A stretch of 56,937 nucleotides of DNA, from the NCBI GenBank assembly GCA_964615585.1, contig CAZTNS010000003.1, positions 1 to 56,937 on the forward strand, read 5' to 3'. The translations under genes and the position numbers were made by a program. The stretch's first letter is position 1. Each line of letters begins with the position of its first letter. Below the pieces are notes generated by a model. The model was not told the DNA's origin. It saw nothing but the letters and a program-made list of their open reading frames with translations, and ran no database searches. The stretch comes from an uncultured Bacteroidales bacterium (GTDB lineage: Bacteria; Bacteroidota; Bacteroidia; Bacteroidales; ML635J-15). Of the stretch, positions 16,950-26,572 are shown one piece after another.

Positions 16950-18188
16950 ATGAGCATTGACAGCCTCATTATTGTTATAACCATCCTTCATGCTTATGTT
17001 TTTGCAATCATGCTGTTTGCAAGAAACCAGGCGGGAAGCCGCGTACTTGGTTTCTTTATGGTGAATTTCTTTATTCAAAGCTTTTTGTTTGCCAATTTCC
17101 ACATTTTTCACATTGAGTCCCTGCATGTTTTGCTCTATTTGGGATTGTCTTCCTTATCATTACTTGAATTTCCATTGATTTATTTGTATGTCAGGTATAT
17201 GTCTGATGCCGGTTTTAAGCTCACCTGGCAACAAGCATTGCATTTTCTGCCTGCTTTCGTAATATTTGTATGTCAGGTAGCAACCTATTTGTCTTTGGAA
17301 CCAGCAACAAAAACAGTACTACTGGCGTCTGATGGATTATTAAATGTGCCTGAATTGAGTGCATTTAATGCAGTGTATTCAATTTCAATCATTATATTGT
17401 TTATTCAGGTATTTGCATATTCAACGGTGATGATTATCAGGCTTATTAAGCACAAGAAAAACATTGAAAATTACTATTCTTATAAGCATAGAATTTCCCT
17501 GAGGTGGTTACTTACATTTGTTATTTTATACCTGGCATACTATATTGTTGAAATTATTATTTATTCCTTTCTATATCTGAAAATCTCTGAAACTGCCTAT
17601 TTTTCCATTTTGGCGGTACATATTTTCTTTGTTGGCATATTTGGGTTACGGCAAAAGGAGATTTTTGATCCGGAGCATAAAAAAGAAGAGAATGAATCAT
17701 TTCCTTATCCGGTTATTGAAAAAGGCGAAGACAATACGTCAGGCGATCACATTAAAGAACAATTGGTGAAAGAGGTTGAGCAAAAAGCCGCTACCCGGGA
17801 AAAGCAAGAGTTGTTAAGTGATGACATGAAGAAAATGCTTGCTGATAAAATTACCGGAATCATTGAATCTGAACAGCTTTATCTGGATGACGAGCTTTCC
17901 CTGAACAAGTTGGCAGAACAACTTGAAATACACAAAAATTACGTGTCTCATGTTATAAATAATGAGTTCAATGTTAACTTTTATAACTTTATCAATAAAT
18001 ACAGAATTGATGAAGCAAAACGTTTGTTGGCGGATGAACAATACGACCATTATTCAATTGAGGGCATCGCAAAATCCTGCGGCTTTAAATCCCGGAATGT
18101 GTTTTATCCGATATTTAAAAAACACATGGGAATGACACCACGTGAATACAAAAAAAAGCAGCAACAGGCAAAAAATCAAAGCAAATAA
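16950..18188 (+). CDS. AraC-family transcriptional regulator with about 7 N-terminal TM helices
   Basis: Seven hydrophobic segments, then LYLDDELSLNKLAEQL...VSHVIN...NFYNFINKYRIDEAK...IAKSCGFKSRNVFYPIFKKHMGMTP HTH_18. Confidence 0.93.
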   Translation: MSIDSLIIVITILHAYVFAIMLFARNQAGSRVLGFFMVNFFIQSFLFANFHIFHIESLHVLLYLGLSSLSLLEFPLIYLYVRYMSDAGFKLTWQQALHFLPAFVIFVCQVATYLSLEPATKTVLLASDGLLNVPELSAFNAVYSISIIILFIQVFAYSTVMIIRLIKHKKNIENYYSYKHRISLRWLLTFVILYLAYYIVEIIIYSFLYLKISETAYFSILAVHIFFVGIFGLRQKEIFDPEHKKEENESFPYPVIEKGEDNTSGDHIKEQLVKEVEQKAATREKQELLSDDMKKMLADKITGIIESEQLYLDDELSLNKLAEQLEIHKNYVSHVINNEFNVNFYNFINKYRIDEAKRLLADEQYDHYSIEGIAKSCGFKSRNVFYPIFKKHMGMTPREYKKKQQQAKNQSK

Positions 18189-18367
18189 TCTTTTTTTTGT
18201 TCTGACTTCCTGAAATGTCATAATTTATCCATTCTTACATGTTGTTTTGATCTTCATTCCTCATGTAATGAAAATTCATGTATATTGGGATACATTAGTT
18301 AATCAGTGCTGATTTATTTCCTTGTTTTAATTTCATATTCACTATTCATTAATGCTTGAAAAAAACC

Positions 18368-20929
18368 ATGAAAAAAATAATTTACGCACTTATCATTGTT
18401 GTGTGCATTGGATATGTAACACATAATACAGCAAAATCACAGACTACATATACATTAGGCAGTGGTAATGTTTATGAGCAGGCAGGTGGTATTTCTGCGA
18501 TTGGCTGCAAAGTTGAAGACTCTAAAGTGCAGTTTTTAATCAGGGCTTCTGAACTTGCAAATCAAGGGGCAACAGAAGGTATCATAGTAAACCTGGCTTT
18601 AAAAATCTATGAAGTGCCCGCCTTTACATTGGAAAATTTCAAACTTTCACTTAAAGAGACCAACGATACCGTGTTGGAGTGTAATTTGGATGACACGGGG
18701 TTTACAAATGTGTTTAGCGAAGACATTGAACCATCAGAATTTACTGCTGATTCATGGAAAATCTTTCCCTTTGATGCAGGGTTTTATTGGGATGGTTCCA
18801 GTAATTTGTTGATACAGTTTTGTTTTGATAATCAAACCGGTGAATATACATTTACCAATCCTGGAGGTATTTATACATATACGCCGGGCAGTTACGATTG
18901 TACCAATTATTCAGGAACCTATGATGATGCAGGTTGTAGTTTAACATCCCCTTGTTATTCATCCAATGATAGGGCACAAATGCAGTTCTCCTTATTTACA
19001 GCCCCTTATCATTGTCGGTTCCATAATTTGGGCTCCGGCGGATCACCGTTGACTTTCAATAATGCCTATATCAGTGATAATACGCCGGCGTTTAGCGTTT
19101 CCGCCACACATACCACAAGCTTTGACCGTTTTAAGGTAGAACTCAATACGGAATCAGATTTTACCGGCACTGCTTATACACAGACTTTTTCTGATGTTTA
19201 TTCAACCGACACCCAATACGAGCTGGATTGCAATTCCCTTTCACCGGTGTTGCCAAACACTAATGATATAACCTATTATGTACGTGTGCGGGCATCGGCG
19301 GATGGTGTTACCACGTGGGGAGAATGGTCATCAGACATGTATTCTTTTACATATAAACTTGCCGGACATCCGGAATGGCTACAGGCTGAAGAAGACCAAT
19401 TTGAAAGCGGGATTATTCTGGAGGAAGGCGAATACGATTTTGGGAATACTTCTACACATGAATATGGTGCAGGAAACCTAAGTGATGGACGTATGTTTTG
19501 GTACAGATGTTATGTAACGGAATTGTCTTATTTGCAATCTTTATCTGTTCAGTTACGGTATCCTGACGGAAATGTCAAACTTGCTTTGTATGATGAAAGC
19601 GGGGAATTTATTGCAGAGACTACCAGTGAAGCTTGCATAGCAGATGTCAATACATTAAATACAACAACAAATCCGTTGCTTGGTGGAAATATATACTACG
19701 TTGCCGTGATGCTCAGCAGTGATACACAACAAATATGGTATTCAGAAAATGATGGAGACCCATGGGGCAGGTATTATGATGGTGGATATGTTTATGGCAA
19801 TTTTCCGTCATCGCTTCCTGCTTCACCGGTAGAATGGAACAAGCGATTTAATGTGTTTTTGACCACAGCAAATCCCAATGAATATATTTCTCCTCCCATA
19901 AAATACGCATTTTTTGATGGTGCTGATTCCTGGGGCAATATTACATGGAACACAGGGGGAGCAGATACAATTACGGTGGGTGCATATACAGATGCTGACG
20001 TCACCACAGAAATACCTGGCATCCCCCCATCATCAACAAGCCCTGTAGATATTTCCGGTATAGATGAAACCACTTATGATGTTATTTATCTGAAAGCTAC
20101 ATTAGAAGGGGGAAATCCTGTTTTGGAAAACTGGAAAGTGAGCTGTAATTACAGCATGGACATGGATTCTGAAGCCGAAAACCCGGTTAATCAGGTAGAA
20201 GCAGCCTATATTGATTCATCTGTCAATACCGATGCCGAAGCTCAGGAGGTGTTTGCATTTAAGATTACAGATATGGGTACAGCCGACGACGCTCCGACAA
20301 TGGTCACCAATGTCCGCATCAAACCAGGAATAAACAACACTGCCGGTTGGACCGATCACATTCAGGGTGTTAAATTGTATGATAATGACGGATCTTCTTT
20401 TATATCTACAGAAAGCCCGGTTATTACCGATACATGTATTGATATCCCTGTTTCTACGGGGGATTTTAATATCCCGGACGGAACATCAAAATTGGTTTCG
20501 CTCTATGTTTATTTGAATACATCAAATATTGTAGATGGAGCTGTGCTGTGTTTCCACATTGATAGCAATGAGCATGGTTTTTCCAGTGACAGTTTGGGGT
20601 CTGGTTTTGCGGAAGCATTTTCATCTGCCAATATTGAAAGCAACAACATGACCGTAACCTGTATCCCAACCAACCTAAAAAAGACAACCAATATTAATAA
20701 CCGTATTTATCCCAATCCTTTTGATGATAAATTGTTCATTGGGCACAACCTGAAGGGTGTTTACGATGTAACAATACTTAATGCTTTTGGAAGTGTGTTG
20801 TACCACAATACACAAGCTATTGATTGCGCTGGGGTGATCAACACCGGATTTCTCACACAAGGAGCTTACGTGCTGATCCTTACCAATGAAAATTCTGAAA
20901 AATGTATTTTCAGGGTCATAAAAAAGTAG
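18368..20929 (+). CDS. T9SS type A sorting domain-containing surface protein (mosaic beta-rich domains incl. FN3-like)
   Basis: Signal peptide; C-terminal RIYPNPF...GAYVLIL...FRVIKK CTD; FN3-like YYVRVRA...WGEWS. Confidence 0.88.
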   Translation: MKKIIYALIIVVCIGYVTHNTAKSQTTYTLGSGNVYEQAGGISAIGCKVEDSKVQFLIRASELANQGATEGIIVNLALKIYEVPAFTLENFKLSLKETNDTVLECNLDDTGFTNVFSEDIEPSEFTADSWKIFPFDAGFYWDGSSNLLIQFCFDNQTGEYTFTNPGGIYTYTPGSYDCTNYSGTYDDAGCSLTSPCYSSNDRAQMQFSLFTAPYHCRFHNLGSGGSPLTFNNAYISDNTPAFSVSATHTTSFDRFKVELNTESDFTGTAYTQTFSDVYSTDTQYELDCNSLSPVLPNTNDITYYVRVRASADGVTTWGEWSSDMYSFTYKLAGHPEWLQAEEDQFESGIILEEGEYDFGNTSTHEYGAGNLSDGRMFWYRCYVTELSYLQSLSVQLRYPDGNVKLALYDESGEFIAETTSEACIADVNTLNTTTNPLLGGNIYYVAVMLSSDTQQIWYSENDGDPWGRYYDGGYVYGNFPSSLPASPVEWNKRFNVFLTTANPNEYISPPIKYAFFDGADSWGNITWNTGGADTITVGAYTDADVTTEIPGIPPSSTSPVDISGIDETTYDVIYLKATLEGGNPVLENWKVSCNYSMDMDSEAENPVNQVEAAYIDSSVNTDAEAQEVFAFKITDMGTADDAPTMVTNVRIKPGINNTAGWTDHIQGVKLYDNDGSSFISTESPVITDTCIDIPVSTGDFNIPDGTSKLVSLYVYLNTSNIVDGAVLCFHIDSNEHGFSSDSLGSGFAEAFSSANIESNNMTVTCIPTNLKKTTNINNRIYPNPFDDKLFIGHNLKGVYDVTILNAFGSVLYHNTQAIDCAGVINTGFLTQGAYVLILTNENSEKCIFRVIKK

Positions 20930-21139
20930 TGCGGTTTTTTTATTGCCGGAAATGCTTGCAAACCTGTATTGACAAACAGGAAAGCATTATGATGCAAACA
21001 TGGTATTCCCAACAGGATTGTCTGATTTTACACATTATGACATGATAAGGTATATCAGTATGATTTATATGGTAAAAATGGTTTAATATTGCTATAGAAA
21101 ACAAAAAGCATTGCTCATTTTTTTTAATATAGTTTGATT

Positions 21140-24100
21140 ATGTTTGACACCATTGCATCTACAGGAAAAAAACAGTTGTTTAAAGCCATATTTATGGTAA
21201 TTCTATTTGGTATTTCTTCATTACAGATAAAAGCACAAACAGAAATCTGGTCTGAAAATTTTGATTCATACTCTGAAACATATCCCCTTGATGGAAGTTC
21301 TTATGCATGGGTAATTACGGGAACATCCGGCAATAATGATTGGGCATTTTATGAACCCTCACATAGCAGTATCACAAGCCAATGCCTTGAAATGTATTAC
21401 AGTTCAGCTGATCTGGCCTATGATAATTCAACCGCTGCAGATGAAATAGTTTATTATGCTACTGAAATTGATGCCACAGGCTATGAGAGTTTAACCATGG
21501 ATTTTGATTGGATGTCAGGGGGTGATGAAAATGATTGTTTTAAAGTTGTGTATTCTTTGGATGGTAGTAACTGGAATGATGTATCATCTGCTAAATACTA
21601 TGGGCAAACAAGTAACTGGCAGACCGTCAGCGCCCTGGATTTGTCATCTTGTGATGATGATACATTTTACATTGGATTTAACTGGATCAATGATGCCAGC
21701 GGAGGCGATGGAACAGGCCCCTGTTTTGATGAAATATCCATATCCGGAAGTGTAATTGCCTGTTCTGGGACTCCTGCCCCCGGTAATACACAATCCACAG
21801 CAACAGAAGTATGCCCATCGGAAAATTTTACCTTGTCTTTACAAAACGATTATTCCGGCTATTCTGGTATTTCTTATCAGTGGCAATCCTCTTCTGATGG
21901 TTCCACCTGGAGTGATATGTCCGGTGAAACCTCTTCAACCTGTACCACTTCAATTACAGAGGATACATATTATCGTTGTAATGTGACTTGTTCAGGTGAG
22001 GGAACAGGTGAATCATCCTCATTACAAATTGAAATAACTATGGGTATTTCCTGTTATTGTGATATTACTGCCAGAGATAACGATTATTGTGATGGAATAA
22101 CTCATGTCGAATTTGAAGACATCTCGAATTCATCTGATGGACAACCGGGTTATACGGATTTTACATCAAACTCCACGACTTTAATGCAGAATGAAACATA
22201 TCAATTAACTGTACAGGTAAATACTGCAGGAGATTATTCTTACAATCAGCTTGCATGGATTGATTGGGATAAAGATGGTGAATTTGAAGCGTCTGAAAAA
22301 TATGACCTGGGTTCAGCAACTGATGTTACTGATGGGGCGAGCAGTAATTCCCCGTTGGATATTGATGTTCCAGGGAGTGCAGTCACAGGGACAACTTATA
22401 TAAGAATTGTGTCGTATTACGATAATGGATGGACACCAGATCCATGCCATGTTGAAACGGATTATGATTTTCAGGGGGAAGCTGAGGATTACACCATCAA
22501 TATCATTGAGGCCACAGCTTGTTCAGCCACTCCTGATCCCGGAGATACGCAATCAACGGATACGGAAGTATGTTCTGGAACAGAATTTACACTTTCACTT
22601 GAAAATGCTTTTTCTTACAGTGGAATATCGTATCAGTGGCAATCTTCTTCTGATGGTTCCAACTGGAGTGATATGTCCGGGGAAACCTCTTCAACCTGCG
22701 CTACCTCAGTAACGGATGATACCTACTTTCGCTGTAAGGTTACATGCGATGGTTATGGTACTGGTACATCAGATTCATTGCTTATTAATGTTATTTCTTC
22801 TATATCCTGTTATTGTTCTGCAGAGATGACCGGTACTGAAGGCGGTATTTCAAATGTGAGTTTCAATACCATTGATAACGATTCGGATTACGATCAGGGA
22901 TATTCCAATTACACAACCATTGCAACCAATGTACTCAGAGATTCCACTTATACAGCCAATGTTACCATTGGTGATGGGGATAGTTATCGTGTCAATGTGT
23001 TTATTGACTGGAATCAGGATGGTGATTTTGAAGACACCGGTGAAGAAACGCAGTTGGGTATAACCAGCGATGGGACAGTAAGCAGCGATATTACCGTTCC
23101 ATCAGGAGCAGCATACGGCTTTACTTTCATGCGGGTTATTGCACACTCATCCGGTTATAGTGGTCCTTGTGAGGGTACTGGTTATTATGGTGAAGTGGAA
23201 GATTACAAAATCAGGGTGAAACAACTTACCGCTTGTGACGCTGACCCGGTTCCTGGAGCAACCACGGGAAGCGAAAATCCGGTTTGTGTGGGAAATGATT
23301 TTACTTTATCCCTTGAAAATGATTATTATTACAATACAGGAATCAGTTACCAGTGGCAGTCTTCCTCTGATGGTTCTACCTGGAGCAATATAAGCGGAGC
23401 CACCCATCATGAACACACAACAAACATCACTGAAGATGCTTATTATCATTGTATTGTTTCGTGTGATGCTGCCGAATCCGATACCTCAACATCCTTGTTG
23501 GTCGAAACAGAACTGAATGCTTCCTGCTACTGCGAGAGCTATGGTAGTACATCTGGTTATGGTACTAAGTACGTAGGCATTGAACAAATCGACAACGCAA
23601 CCTCAAGTGGATATACTTATGTTGATTATACGGATCAAATGGCCACAGTTGAATTGGGTGAGAGTTATGATCTGTCCGTAAGGGTTAATACCTATGGATC
23701 TGCTACAGCAGATACCTATGCTTTCATTGACTGGAATCAGGACGGGGATTTTGCAGATGCAGGGGAATCGTATGATCTGGGAGATGCAACCGATGTATCA
23801 GATAGCCCTACAGATTTATCGCCTTTGTCTGTTACTATCCCCGGAGGTGCGGAAACCGGAATTACAATAATGCGGGTCATAACATCAATAGACGAGAATC
23901 CCACAGACCCCTGTGCAACCTCATTCAATGGTGAAACAGAAGACTACAGCATAAGGGTGGTTGATCCCGTTACCTGTTCCGGGACACCAACAGGGGGCAC
24001 AGTAACCCCTGATTATCAATGTACATCATCAGACGGAACGGTTACTTTGACAGTACAGGATTACGATTACAACGATGGCATCACATTTCAATGGCAGGAA

Positions 24101-26554
24101 ACCACAGACACAACCGGAACATGGTCAGATGTGACAGATGGGGCCGGGGCAACCACACCAGTTTATACTACAGGGCCTATTACAGAAACAACCTATTTCA
24201 GGCTCAAAACCACCTGTGGGTCCAAAGGGCCGTCTCATGCATTTTCTGATTTCGGAAAAGTGGATATAGCGTATTTAATAGGTACTGCATCCAGTCCGGT
24301 AACATCATGTTCAGGGGCGTTTTTTGATTCCGGCGGAAACAATAACGATTATGAAAACAACGAAAATTATGGTACAGGATATTACCTTACTATAGAACCA
24401 TCTGTTTCTAATTCATCAATCAAAGTCTTTTTTGATGCTTTTTATACAGAAGAGGAATGCGACTTTTTGTATGTTTATAATGGAAATTCTACGGATGCAG
24501 AAGATATGACAGGTTCATATTCTGGGGAACTATATCCTTTTGAAGTGTTTTCAACAGACCCATCGGGGAAACTTACTTTTGTGTTTGATTCTGATGGAGC
24601 ATCTCATGAATATGGCTGGGAGGCCAGGTGGGAATGTGTACCACCATGCAGTGGCACCCCTGATGGCGGCGTAGCTTCTATTTCCATGGAACAGGGATGC
24701 ACAGGAATCAGTACCACCTTGTATGTGTTTTGCGAAGATTATGACCAGAATGGTGATATAGCAGCAGGGTATTCTTATCAATGGCAGGAATCGTCAGATG
24801 GATCAAACTGGTCAGATATTTCGGGTGAAACCAATCCGGATGTAACAGAGTATTCCGGTGCAACGACGGATGTGTATTTCAGGCTTGAGGTGACTTGTAA
24901 CGAAAGCAGTGAGGTTGGTTACAGCAATGAGGTTCTCTACGATGCTGTGAGTTGCGATACGTATAATATTGACGATGCTTCAAGCGTGTCAACCTGTGCT
25001 GCTTCATTTTATGACACAGGTGGAGCATCTTCAAATTACAGCAATTCCGAAAATGAAACCATCACGTTTTGTTCTGATGGTTCAAATGGGGAGCATGTCA
25101 AAGTGGTGTTTTTTAATATTGCCATTGATGTGACGGATACATTGTATGTGTATGATGGAAACAGTACCTCATCTACATTGATATTTAAGTTTAATGGAGA
25201 ATCCACAGTAACTAATATCGCGCCCGAGGTTATATCGTATGGTTCATGCCTGACTTTTGAATTTATTTCAAATGCCAGTGAAGATAGTGTGGGGTGGGAG
25301 GCCATTGTCATGTGTGCCGATGAAGAAAACCAGGTTGCTCATAATTTCTGTAACGGTGCTACACATATTTGCAATCTTAATGGTTATACCGGAACAACTT
25401 CTGGTTTTTATCAACCGAGTTTCCCAGGTGATTTTGAACAAGGTTCTGATTTGTTTGGCGGAACCATTGAAAACAATTCATGGTTAACATTTACCGCCGC
25501 CGAAACCACGGCGGAGTTTGATATTACGGTGAACAATTGTTCGGGAGGCTCCAATGCCATTCAGCTCGGTGTGTATTCCGGAATTGATTGCGATAATTTT
25601 TCATTGTTATCATCAGACTATTACACCAGTTCTTCTGCTACCCTCTGTAACAATACGACCACCACCATTACAGTCCCTGACCGGTATAGCAGCGCTCTCG
25701 ACCTTGTGCCGGGCGATCATTATTACCTGATGGTTGATGGTAATGCCGGTTCAATATGTGATTATGCTATCGAAGGAAAATCAGGTGTGGAATATGCGAG
25801 TGTCAGCTCAACAAATGCCTGCCAAAAAGAATTTGTGACGGCTTCGGGGGGCGATTCCTATGCCTGGTCGGGACAGGATGATTTTTCCTCAACGGATTCT
25901 ATTGTTCAGGTAATGAGCGTTGGAACTTATACCGTCATAATTTCAGGGGGTATCCCTGAATGCCCTGATGATGTTATTTATAATGTGAATGTTGAAAATT
26001 GTGATCCTCTACCGGTTGAGTTGATTGATTTTTCTGCCCGTTGCAGCGAAGACAATGCTATTATTTCGTGGACAACACAATCTGAGATTAACAACGATTA
26101 TTTTATCCTCGAAAAATCCAAGAACTTACTAAATTTTAATCAAATTGCAGAAATACAGGGCAATGGTAACAGCAATTTGATAAGGTATTATTCTTTCTGC
26201 GATACAGTACTATATTCCGGAAATAATTATTACAGGGTGAAACAGGTTGATTATGATGGAACTGAGAACCATTCTCCAATCATTCAGGTGGATTGTATTC
26301 AGGAAATTTATGATGATGTCAACCTAGGTGTGTACCCCAATCCGTTTGACAATAAAATATTTATTAAAGCGTCAAAAAGCGTTGATTGCAGGGTGGAAAT
26401 CAGGAATGTATATGGAGGTGGTGTGTACAACAATACGATCGTAATCAATGGACACAGTGAAATTAATACCTCAGAGTTATCCCCCGGATTCTATGTTCTG
26501 GTAATTACCATGCCCGATGAACAACAACATACGTTCAAACTCATCAGAAAATAA
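21140..26554 (+). CDS. Large T9SS cargo protein: 3x (Ig-like + GEVED), 2x (Ig-like + CUB), LPVEL domain, CTD
   Basis: WIDW(D/N)xDG(E/D)F...GE(A/V/T)EDY three times; FFDSGG/FYDTGG CUB-like modules; PLPVELIDF; YPNPF...GFYVL CTD. Confidence 0.92.
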   Translation: MFDTIASTGKKQLFKAIFMVILFGISSLQIKAQTEIWSENFDSYSETYPLDGSSYAWVITGTSGNNDWAFYEPSHSSITSQCLEMYYSSADLAYDNSTAADEIVYYATEIDATGYESLTMDFDWMSGGDENDCFKVVYSLDGSNWNDVSSAKYYGQTSNWQTVSALDLSSCDDDTFYIGFNWINDASGGDGTGPCFDEISISGSVIACSGTPAPGNTQSTATEVCPSENFTLSLQNDYSGYSGISYQWQSSSDGSTWSDMSGETSSTCTTSITEDTYYRCNVTCSGEGTGESSSLQIEITMGISCYCDITARDNDYCDGITHVEFEDISNSSDGQPGYTDFTSNSTTLMQNETYQLTVQVNTAGDYSYNQLAWIDWDKDGEFEASEKYDLGSATDVTDGASSNSPLDIDVPGSAVTGTTYIRIVSYYDNGWTPDPCHVETDYDFQGEAEDYTINIIEATACSATPDPGDTQSTDTEVCSGTEFTLSLENAFSYSGISYQWQSSSDGSNWSDMSGETSSTCATSVTDDTYFRCKVTCDGYGTGTSDSLLINVISSISCYCSAEMTGTEGGISNVSFNTIDNDSDYDQGYSNYTTIATNVLRDSTYTANVTIGDGDSYRVNVFIDWNQDGDFEDTGEETQLGITSDGTVSSDITVPSGAAYGFTFMRVIAHSSGYSGPCEGTGYYGEVEDYKIRVKQLTACDADPVPGATTGSENPVCVGNDFTLSLENDYYYNTGISYQWQSSSDGSTWSNISGATHHEHTTNITEDAYYHCIVSCDAAESDTSTSLLVETELNASCYCESYGSTSGYGTKYVGIEQIDNATSSGYTYVDYTDQMATVELGESYDLSVRVNTYGSATADTYAFIDWNQDGDFADAGESYDLGDATDVSDSPTDLSPLSVTIPGGAETGITIMRVITSIDENPTDPCATSFNGETEDYSIRVVDPVTCSGTPTGGTVTPDYQCTSSDGTVTLTVQDYDYNDGITFQWQETTDTTGTWSDVTDGAGATTPVYTTGPITETTYFRLKTTCGSKGPSHAFSDFGKVDIAYLIGTASSPVTSCSGAFFDSGGNNNDYENNENYGTGYYLTIEPSVSNSSIKVFFDAFYTEEECDFLYVYNGNSTDAEDMTGSYSGELYPFEVFSTDPSGKLTFVFDSDGASHEYGWEARWECVPPCSGTPDGGVASISMEQGCTGISTTLYVFCEDYDQNGDIAAGYSYQWQESSDGSNWSDISGETNPDVTEYSGATTDVYFRLEVTCNESSEVGYSNEVLYDAVSCDTYNIDDASSVSTCAASFYDTGGASSNYSNSENETITFCSDGSNGEHVKVVFFNIAIDVTDTLYVYDGNSTSSTLIFKFNGESTVTNIAPEVISYGSCLTFEFISNASEDSVGWEAIVMCADEENQVAHNFCNGATHICNLNGYTGTTSGFYQPSFPGDFEQGSDLFGGTIENNSWLTFTAAETTAEFDITVNNCSGGSNAIQLGVYSGIDCDNFSLLSSDYYTSSSATLCNNTTTTITVPDRYSSALDLVPGDHYYLMVDGNAGSICDYAIEGKSGVEYASVSSTNACQKEFVTASGGDSYAWSGQDDFSSTDSIVQVMSVGTYTVIISGGIPECPDDVIYNVNVENCDPLPVELIDFSARCSEDNAIISWTTQSEINNDYFILEKSKNLLNFNQIAEIQGNGNSNLIRYYSFCDTVLYSGNNYYRVKQVDYDGTENHSPIIQVDCIQEIYDDVNLGVYPNPFDNKIFIKASKSVDCRVEIRNVYGGGVYNNTIVINGHSEINTSELSPGFYVLVITMPDEQQHTFKLIRK

Positions 26555-26572
26555 GGGTAATTGCCACGGCAT

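Noticed and set aside
21134-26554. Diversity-generating retroelement or shufflon acting on the repeated adhesin modules
   Set aside because: No reverse transcriptase, no template/variable repeat pair with A-specific mismatches, and no invertase or inverted recombination sites nearby
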